Of a stretch of DNA of 49,738 nt, positions 32,270 through 39,309 are shown piece by piece (within the stretch, counting starts at the first letter, position 1; each line of letters begins with the position of its first letter). Both the position numbers and the translations under genes were made by a program. The stretch is from Fidelibacterota bacterium (GTDB lineage: Bacteria; Fidelibacterota; Marinisomatia; Marinisomatales; UBA1611), in NCBI GenBank assembly GCA_018692355.1, contig JABHKE010000136.1:1-49738 (forward strand). Direction: 5' to 3'. The notes below the pieces were generated by a model. The model was given only the letters and a program-made list of their open reading frames with translations, was not told where the DNA came from and did no database searches.

Positions 32270-33109
32270 TTACCAGTCTTCGTCATCACCCCAATCATCT
32301 TCACCAGATTCTTCTTCAAGGTATTCTGCTTGTTCATCGAGCCAGGACTGGTATCCTCCATCATCATGAACGGTAAAGAAACCACGCATTCGGTAGTGGC
32401 CTAATCCACAAAGTTGGGCGCAGGCGATTTCCAAAGATTTTCCTTCTCGTTTGGACCCAATAGTTGTTTTTAGAAATTCGTCCGATGTCATGGTAGCTGT
32501 GAAATGAACCGGAATAACCATTCCCGGGATTGCGTCTTGTTTTACTCGAAGTTCTGTCAATGTAAAACTGTGAATCACATCTAAGGATGTAAGGTCAATT
32601 CGTATCTTTTTATCAACAGGTACATGCAATTGGTTCACCGTATAAAAATCATCTGATGCGTTATCGCTTGAACGATCTAAACCAACTGGGTTTTCCTGCT
32701 CATCCACAAGATCAGCTCGTGTATCACCAAATTTACCATCAGGTCCAGGGTAATGTACATTCCAGGCAAATTGTTGTGCTACAACACGAAGATGAATGGA
32801 TTCATCCGGTGTAGGAACATCAGTGACTCGTGCTGCCCAAATTGGAAATCCAAATCCAAAAAGGATCACAATTTCAATCACAGCCACAACTGCTTCAAGT
32901 AAAGATGACAAATGAGACTTGACACCTGTATAATCTGCTTTTGCATTTTTGGATGCACGGAATTTGACGAGACTGACTATAAAAAATAAACCCCAGCCTA
33001 CAAATAAAACGAGCATTAACCAGTGGACAATTGCATTAATTTCATCAATAGCAGCGCCCTGTACTGACATATTGATGGGTAAACCTAGTTTATGGAGAAT
33101 ATCAATCAA
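32270..33109 (-). CDS. ctaC: Cytochrome c oxidase subunit II (CuA)
   Basis: Two TMs, AQQFAWNVHYPG, DVIHSF, KQDAIPG, CAQLCGLGHYRM CuA motif; acidic tail EDDWGDDEDW. Confidence 0.95.
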   Translation of the reverse strand: MIDILHKLGLPINMSVQGAAIDEINAIVHWLMLVLFVGWGLFFIVSLVKFRASKNAKADYTGVKSHLSSLLEAVVAVIEIVILFGFGFPIWAARVTDVPTPDESIHLRVVAQQFAWNVHYPGPDGKFGDTRADLVDEQENPVGLDRSSDNASDDFYTVNQLHVPVDKKIRIDLTSLDVIHSFTLTELRVKQDAIPGMVIPVHFTATMTSDEFLKTTIGSKREGKSLEIACAQLCGLGHYRMRGFFTVHDDGGYQSWLDEQAEYLEEESGEDDWGDDEDW

Positions 33110-33353
33110 AAGAAGATCCTCTACTTTTATTCAATTGTTGAAAATTTTTGTTTTTTTTCCCGATCGAAATGATCGTGCTGATTACGCCACCCAACACTCC
33201 ACCTGTAACACCTAGCAATGTAATAATCGCCCAGTTCAATCCTTGAGATGCCGGTGCACTTGGGTCGCCAAAACAAGTCGCGCATGCTTGCGCTGTTTCC
33301 GGGATAAAGAACACCGTGAATGAAAGGAGAATAATGTGAAGAGTTCTTTTCAT
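33102..33353 (-). CDS. Small membrane protein with CxxC directly after a signal-peptide-like segment
   Basis: ...TAQA-CATCFGDP...TM; lies inside the cox operon and overlaps ctaC. Confidence 0.7.
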   Translation of the reverse strand: MKRTLHIILLSFTVFFIPETAQACATCFGDPSAPASQGLNWAIITLLGVTGGVLGGVISTIISIGKKNKNFQQLNKSRGSSFD

Positions 33354-33356
33354 GTA

Positions 33357-33554
33357 TCAGATATGTTTGATTTTTTTAACCATTGAAAAGCCATATGCGA
33401 TGAGCCCCGTAGCTACCAAAAAAGATAGCCCTGCCAACAAATTGGAAATATATCCGGGATTGGATGGATTGGAGATTTCAAACATGCCATAGTACCCAGT
33501 GATTAGGATAGAAACGCCAATGAAAAAGAAGTGAAATTGTTTGAGTGAAATCAT
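33357..33554 (-). CDS. Small 2-TM hypothetical protein in the cox operon
   Basis: MISLKQFHFFFI... two TMs; ATGA overlap with ctaF. Confidence 0.65.
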   Translation of the reverse strand: MISLKQFHFFFIGVSILITGYYGMFEISNPSNPGYISNLLAGLSFLVATGLIAYGFSMVKKIKHI

Positions 33555-33856
33555 GATAGGCTTGCATGGTCAATGGTAGTAATCATTGGAATAAACATAC
33601 AAAAAAGGAAAAAGACAAATGTCAGGCATAAGATCCAAATAATTGTATGTTTTTCTGTGATAAGGTGCATGAAGTATCCTGCTACAAGGCTGGCTTTCAC
33701 TGTAGCGATAGTCAAGGCTAAAAAGATGGCCTCGGTCGTTGACACATCCATGTAAGAAGCAGCAACGGTTAAGAGTGTTAAGGCTCCTAGCGCACCAAAT
33801 ACGGTTAAATAAACCTTAATGTGCTCTTGGATATGCCCGTTATCATGATCGCTCAT
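33551..33856 (-). CDS. ctaF: Cytochrome c oxidase subunit IV (prokaryotic)
   Basis: YLTVFGALGALTLLTV, IATVKASLVAGYFMHL. Confidence 0.9.
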   Translation of the reverse strand: MSDHDNGHIQEHIKVYLTVFGALGALTLLTVAASYMDVSTTEAIFLALTIATVKASLVAGYFMHLITEKHTIIWILCLTFVFFLFCMFIPMITTIDHASLS

Positions 33857-33865
33857 TATTGTCCC

Positions 33866-34465
33866 CTAAAGTAAGTAAAGAATTGGGAATAGAAAAATCC
33901 AGACAAGATCCACAAAGTGCCAGTAAAGTCCCGCAACTTCAATTCTGTTTGTAAATCGTTCAGGATCAGATTGCCACATCTTATTTCCAAATGGTAACCA
34001 GAAATAGCCCATAACAATCATACCACCGATTATGTGCAACATATGTAGACCAGTCAATGTAAAATAGATTCCCATGAATGTACTGGATGATGGGTAAATC
34101 CCATGGTGGAATTTTCCAGTATATTCAAAATATTTGACAACTAGGAATAAAAATGCGCACAGAAGGGTAAGTCCCATATACATCTTATATTTTTCAAAAT
34201 CTTTCATTTTCAAAGATGCCCAGGACATGATCACCGTTACACTTGACGAAATCAAAACTATGGTATTGAAAGTTGCCATGGGGATACTCAATTTTGAACC
34301 CCAGTATGCAAAATCGCCTACTGGCGCTGCCATTCTCAAAAAAACATATGCAGAGAATAGTCCGCCAAATAGCATTATTTCGGAAGCCAGAAAAACCCAG
34401 ATTCCTAATTTAGAATTATTTAAACCTGTATCAGGTCTTTCTTCAACTATGTATGGAATTTGCAC
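33866..34465 (-). CDS. ctaE: Cytochrome c oxidase subunit III
   Basis: WVFLASEIMLFGGLF, NTIVLISSS, TGLHMLH, GLYWHFVDLVWIFLFP. Confidence 0.95.
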   Translation of the reverse strand: MQIPYIVEERPDTGLNNSKLGIWVFLASEIMLFGGLFSAYVFLRMAAPVGDFAYWGSKLSIPMATFNTIVLISSSVTVIMSWASLKMKDFEKYKMYMGLTLLCAFLFLVVKYFEYTGKFHHGIYPSSSTFMGIYFTLTGLHMLHIIGGMIVMGYFWLPFGNKMWQSDPERFTNRIEVAGLYWHFVDLVWIFLFPILYLL

Positions 34466-34477
34466 CGTCAGAGTCCT

Positions 34478-36187
34478 TTATTTTTCTGTTTGCGGTGAGA
34501 AATCTTTATCTGCACCGGGAACACTATACTCATAAGGTCCTCGATACACTTCAACATCGCCTTCAAAGTTCGCATGGGGAACGGGAGGAGAAGGCGCTGA
34601 CCATTCAACGGTCGTTGCACCCCATGGGTTTCGATCTACTTTTTCGCCATTGAACATGGAAACAAATACATTAATAATGAATGGAATCTGTGCTGCCGCA
34701 AGGCAGAAAGCGGAAATAGACATAAACTCATTCCATTGCAGCACATCCTGAGCATGAGCATAAAGTTGTCCACCATCATACAGACGGCGAGAGACACCAG
34801 CAAGCCCTTGAATAAACATGGGCATAAAAACACCATTCATAAAAATGAGTGATGGCCAAAAGTGAAGTTTTCCCAGAGCTTCACTCATTTTTCTCCCTGT
34901 GATTTTAGGGAACCAATAATAGATTCCTGCAAAGAGGGCGAAGATAGTGCCCGGTGCAACTACATAATGGAAGTGACCAATCACGTAATAGGTATCATGA
35001 AGATGAATATCCGATGCGCCTACACCCAGAGGGAGACCTGTTAAACCACCAATCCCAAACATGGGTAAGAATGCCAACGCAAATAACATGGGAGTTGTAA
35101 AACGGATAGATGCTCCCCATAGTGAAATGAAGAACGCAGTTAAGATTACCACCGATGGAATCGAAATAATCATGGTAGTTGTTTGGAAAAAAGCACTCAT
35201 AGCCTGCCCCATTCCTGTTAAAAACATATGATGTGCCCAAACAATAAAGGACATAAAACCAAGAAAAACGGATGCATAGACCAAGGATTTATACCCCCAG
35301 AGAGGTTTCCTTGTATTATTTGCAATCACGTCTCCAACAATTCCCATTGCGGGAAGAATTAAAACATAAACTTCAGGATGAGCGAGAAACCAGAATAAAT
35401 GCTGCCAAAGAAGTGGAGATCCCGAGCCATAAACATCAACGGTTGCACCACTGTAGACCAATCCGCTGGGTAAGAAAAAACTTGTATGAGCTACTCTATC
35501 CATCAATTGCAGAACTGCAGCCGCTTCAAGAGGTGGAAATGCAAGAACCAATAAAAAAGCAGTGACAAACTGTGCCCAGACAAAGAAAGGAAGTCTAAAC
35601 CAAGAAAGTCCAGGTGCCCTTAATTGAACAATGGTAACAATAATATTCATAGAACCTAAAAGGGAAGATGTAATTAAAAAGACCATCCCAATAAGCCATG
35701 TTGTTTGACCGGTTTCAAAGATCGAGAGTGGTGGATAAGAAGTCCACCCTGATCTTGCAGCTCCTTCCGGCATGAAAAAACTAGCCAGCATAATGACACC
35801 ACCAATAAAGTATGACCAGTAACTAGCAGCATTCAATTTAGGGAATGCCATATCTGGTGCGCCGATTTGCAAGGGAACAATATAGTTTCCAAATGCGCCA
35901 ACAGCCAGAGGTACCACACCTAGAAAGATCATTATTGTACCATGCATGGCACCTAACATATTATAAATCTCCGGCATTAAAATATCGGATTCACCTAGTA
36001 GCCAACCGACTATGGGGACTGATGTTTCCGGGTAGGCCAATTGCCATCTCATAACCATCATCAGGCAAAATCCAAAAAACAGGAACAATAGTGAAGTGAT
36101 CCCATATTGGAGCCCAATGACTTTATGGTCTACAGAAAAAATATATTTCTGTAAAAAATTCTCTTCGTGGTGAGAATCATTACTCAC
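34478..36187 (-). CDS. ctaD: Cytochrome c oxidase subunit I, A1-type heme-copper oxidase
   Basis: MHGTIMIF, HPEVY, WAHHMF, HDTYYVIGHFHY, SRR; GTG start with GAGGAG RBS. Confidence 0.97.
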   Translation of the reverse strand: MSNDSHHEENFLQKYIFSVDHKVIGLQYGITSLLFLFFGFCLMMVMRWQLAYPETSVPIVGWLLGESDILMPEIYNMLGAMHGTIMIFLGVVPLAVGAFGNYIVPLQIGAPDMAFPKLNAASYWSYFIGGVIMLASFFMPEGAARSGWTSYPPLSIFETGQTTWLIGMVFLITSSLLGSMNIIVTIVQLRAPGLSWFRLPFFVWAQFVTAFLLVLAFPPLEAAAVLQLMDRVAHTSFFLPSGLVYSGATVDVYGSGSPLLWQHLFWFLAHPEVYVLILPAMGIVGDVIANNTRKPLWGYKSLVYASVFLGFMSFIVWAHHMFLTGMGQAMSAFFQTTTMIISIPSVVILTAFFISLWGASIRFTTPMLFALAFLPMFGIGGLTGLPLGVGASDIHLHDTYYVIGHFHYVVAPGTIFALFAGIYYWFPKITGRKMSEALGKLHFWPSLIFMNGVFMPMFIQGLAGVSRRLYDGGQLYAHAQDVLQWNEFMSISAFCLAAAQIPFIINVFVSMFNGEKVDRNPWGATTVEWSAPSPPVPHANFEGDVEVYRGPYEYSVPGADKDFSPQTEK

Positions 36188-36381
36188 GTGATTTCTCCTC
36201 TCCCCTCTCTAAGGTTGATTAAAATTATTAAAGATTCGTTATAAATTGATCTGAAATATAAGAAGCAAAAATTAAAATTCAATTAAAACTCTATTAGAAT
36301 GTTCTAATGCTTTTGTCTCGAATGCCCTATTCATATTTTGTAGTAAATAAATCCAATGGATTATTTACTACAAAATATAAC

Positions 36382-36708
36382 TTAATCTATTTCTAGGTTG
36401 TAAATATTTTCAAAAATATCCGTTTCCAGCATTCGGATTGCGTCCCAAGTCATCTTGGTACATACCCGGGCGCAAACTTGACAGCCGGTACATTCATTAA
36501 AACGAATCTGAACTGGTGGGATAATAATTTCATATTTATCTTTTGCTACTGGTTCTATACAATCAACGGGGCAAAACGGCACACATGCTTGACAACCGGT
36601 GCAATTATCTTCATCAACGATTGCCATGAGCCTCGGGCGTTTTGTTTTTTCTCGAGGAATGTCTGGTAAATCTGGAATTCCTTTGAAATGATTATATGTG
36701 TTTGCCAT
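36382..36708 (-). CDS. 2x[4Fe-4S] dicluster ferredoxin-like protein
   Basis: CTGCQACVPFCP and CTGCQVCARVC motifs. Probable start is ATG 36708. Confidence 0.9.
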   Translation of the reverse strand: MANTYNHFKGIPDLPDIPREKTKRPRLMAIVDEDNCTGCQACVPFCPVDCIEPVAKDKYEIIIPPVQIRFNECTGCQVCARVCTKMTWDAIRMLETDIFENIYNLEID

Positions 36709-36770
36709 GTTTTTCAAAAAGTATTAGATAAACAATTTACTAATAAATATTAAATCCAAAGAAATGAAAT

Positions 36771-36929
36771 TTACTGTAGGATATATTTTTCTATTACCCA
36801 CCCTGCCACAAAACAAACAATGCCAGCCAGGAGCAATTTTGGGTCCATCAATTGAGGAAATTTAATAATAAACCCAATCCCGATCATTGTCATACCCAGA
36901 AGTTCCAATCCTTTGGCACCGTAATACAT
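36771..36929 (-). CDS. Small 2-TM protein, 52 aa (below ORF-track cutoff)
   Basis: MYYGAKGLELLGMTMIGIGFIIKFPQLMDPKLLLAGIVCFVAGWVIEKYILQ*; the ATG overlaps the upstream TAA (TAATG). Confidence 0.7.
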   Translation of the reverse strand: MYYGAKGLELLGMTMIGIGFIIKFPQLMDPKLLLAGIVCFVAGWVIEKYILQ

Positions 36930-37405
36930 TATTCAGTATCCGGTTTTAGTTTTGAAATAATGGCGATCTGTTCCTTAAAGGCATAATTCTTGATTATTAG
37001 TGACCAAATATGATGTCCGTAAGCGATGAGGAATAAAGGTCCATGTAACCAGGAAGATGGCATGTGGTTATCCACGGCACCGCCATGAATAAATACAGCA
37101 CCCACTAAAGTAAGCGTTAACATGAGATGTGGAAACAGTTTCATTTTTAATTTTCGTTCCCGTATCCAGAGTTCATTTTCTCCCAGCTTCTTTAAAATGG
37201 CCTCCTTGATTCCTTTACCAGTAGATATAAAAAAATACATTACTACTGTTTCTGTTATGGCAAATATCAAGATCATAAACACTGCAAAGCGAGGGTGGTT
37301 TGCACCTATCAAATCCATTTGAAAATATCCACTAATTCCTGTCAAGGTTAAGTTTATAAAATTAACAAACATGAGCAAGTAACAAGTGATCATAAATATC
37401 CACAT
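36929..37405 (-). CDS. Hypothetical 4-TM membrane protein
   Basis: 158-aa ORF with four hydrophobic helices and several His; translationally coupled to the 52-aa ORF. Confidence 0.75.
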   Translation of the reverse strand: MWIFMITCYLLMFVNFINLTLTGISGYFQMDLIGANHPRFAVFMILIFAITETVVMYFFISTGKGIKEAILKKLGENELWIRERKLKMKLFPHLMLTLTLVGAVFIHGGAVDNHMPSSWLHGPLFLIAYGHHIWSLIIKNYAFKEQIAIISKLKPDTE

Positions 37406-37560
37406 TTGAGTTTCTTTTCTCCGGGTTAAAAATGGGAGCAGAAAATACTAAACTAACTTTAACTTTTCATAGGAAGATGCGTCTAAATATTCTATCCATT
37501 GTAATAGAAAACTGGTAAATTTGAAACCCAAATTCATCAAATTATATAAGGAAAAATAAC

Positions 37561-38271
37561 ATGAAGCTTAAGAAATTAATCGTCACCGGAATTGCTATGA
37601 CTTTTGCAATCGCATTTGTGGACGCTGGTACCTTAAAAGGCCACGTGAAATATGATGGAAAAGCTCCGAAATCAAAACGGTTAAAAATGGATGCAGATCC
37701 AGTTTGTGGTGCATCTCATTCCGGCCCGGTTTACAGTGAGAGTTTTAAAATGGCAGCTGATGGCTCCATGGCAGAAGCAATTGTTTATTTAAAGAATGTT
37801 TCTTATTCCGGTGGTTCACCTGCAGATCCTGTCATTTTAGATCAAAATGGCTGTATTTATAATCCCCATGTATTAGGGCTGGTTGCAGGGCAAGCACTGC
37901 TGATTAAAAACAGTGATGCCACATTGCATAATATCCACTCCAGACCCAATGTGAATAAGGAATTCAATTTTGCAATGCCGAAAGTAGTGAAAGAAAAAAA
38001 ATCAACTTTTGCGGAATCTGAACCAGAACCATTTTACATTAAATGTGATGTTCATCCCTGGATGAAAGCTTGGGTCTTGGTTTCAGATCACCCATACTTT
38101 GCAGTTACAGATTCGAATGGGAATTTCTCCATTGATGGCATTCCAGCTGGATCTTATGAAGTGGTTTGCTGGCAGGAAAAATTCAAAAAGAAACCGATGA
38201 CTGCAACAGTCACAATTGGTGATGGTGAAACCAATCAGGATTTCACATTCACACGACCAAAGAAAAAGTAA
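37561..38271 (+). CDS. Exported cupredoxin-like (type-1 Cu) protein with carboxypeptidase-regulatory-like beta-sandwich
   Basis: Signal peptide (VDA|G); LHNIH ... KCDVHPWM (H/C/H/M ligands); FAVTDSNGNFSIDGIPAGSYEV; AAGGA RBS. Confidence 0.8.
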   Translation: MKLKKLIVTGIAMTFAIAFVDAGTLKGHVKYDGKAPKSKRLKMDADPVCGASHSGPVYSESFKMAADGSMAEAIVYLKNVSYSGGSPADPVILDQNGCIYNPHVLGLVAGQALLIKNSDATLHNIHSRPNVNKEFNFAMPKVVKEKKSTFAESEPEPFYIKCDVHPWMKAWVLVSDHPYFAVTDSNGNFSIDGIPAGSYEVVCWQEKFKKKPMTATVTIGDGETNQDFTFTRPKKK

Positions 38272-38294
38272 TTAAAAACACCATTAAGTTTTTG

Positions 38295-38324
38295 AAAGGC
38301 GGAGAAACTCTCCGCCTTTTTTTT
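38295..38324 (+). terminator. Intrinsic terminator
   Basis: AAAGGCGGAG-aaact-CTCCGCCTTT followed by a T tract. Confidence 0.85.
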
Positions 38325-38338
38325 ATCTAAATTTTGCC

Positions 38339-39178
38339 ATGGTAAAATTCATTTTATTTCTAGGTATCATTATTTGTTTCAGTTGCAGTTCTCCGGAGAA
38401 AATATATTCGGTGAAAGGAACCATTTACGTACTCAAACCGGATTCCATGATGATCGTCATTGCACATGATACAATTCCTGATCTTATGTATCCCATGGTC
38501 ATGCCCTTTGATTTGAAAGATCTGAAAGAGATCGAAGGATTGTCTGTTGGAGACAGTGTTCATTTTGAATTTGTTTGGGGCGATACATCCACGTGGGCTC
38601 GGAAGTTTAAAGTTGTGGGCCAAGGGAAATTGCCGGAGGATGAGGATGATGATTTCTTCGAAGATGAAAACTATTCAGAACGAGGTATAGGCGAGATTAT
38701 TGATAATGTAGCCTTCTTGGATTTGGACAGTTCATTGGTACGCCTATCTGATTCCGATGGAAAATATCGGTTCATTTCTTTCATATTTACGCGGTGTCCC
38801 ATGCCGAATATGTGTCCTGCGGTAGTGATTAAGAATGATTATTTAGCGAAGGCATTTAAAGAAAGGAATGACATAGAATTCGTCATGGTCAGTTTTGATT
38901 ATAAACACGACACACCCTCGGTATTGAAAGACTTTTATGGTTCAACCATAGAAGGATTTGATAACTGGAAAGTGTGGTCAAGCACGGGTCATATTGAAGA
39001 TGTATATCGTCTAGCAAAACAAAGTGGTTGCAACTTTTGGGGAATTGAAGAAAACAAAATTGGCCACACACTTCGGTCTATTTTAATAGGTCCTAATCGT
39101 GAGATATTAGGCAACTGGCCCGGCGACAATTGGAAAGCAGGAAACGTGAAAACTGCAATTGAATTGTTAATGAAATAA
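38339..39178 (+). CDS. CusF-like + SCO fusion lipoprotein (copper chaperone)
   Basis: Lipobox-like CFSC; IAHDTIPDLMYPMVMPF (CusF-type H/M/M); FIFTRCPMPNMCP and GHT SCO motifs. Confidence 0.85.
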   Translation: MVKFILFLGIIICFSCSSPEKIYSVKGTIYVLKPDSMMIVIAHDTIPDLMYPMVMPFDLKDLKEIEGLSVGDSVHFEFVWGDTSTWARKFKVVGQGKLPEDEDDDFFEDENYSERGIGEIIDNVAFLDLDSSLVRLSDSDGKYRFISFIFTRCPMPNMCPAVVIKNDYLAKAFKERNDIEFVMVSFDYKHDTPSVLKDFYGSTIEGFDNWKVWSSTGHIEDVYRLAKQSGCNFWGIEENKIGHTLRSILIGPNREILGNWPGDNWKAGNVKTAIELLMK

Positions 39179-39250
39179 CTCACTTCAATCCATTGCTTTT
39201 AAAAGAGTAGTGTCCGCAGGTTGGCGGAAAGGACATTGAGAAAAGATATT

Positions 39251-39286
39251 AAAAAAGCCATCCACTTTCAGGTGATTGGCTTTTTT
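39251..39286. terminator. Bidirectional terminator between the SCO and octaheme genes
   Basis: AAAAAAGCCA-TCCAC-tttcag-GTGAT-TGGCTTTTTT between convergent genes. Confidence 0.75.
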
Positions 39287-39309
39287 AATTTTAAGTATGC
39301 AATAGGTTT

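Noticed and set aside
32127-32270. tRNA-Leu as an integration site for an island
   Set aside because: No integrase, no duplicated tRNA 3' end seen in the window, and the flanking genes are core respiratory genes.
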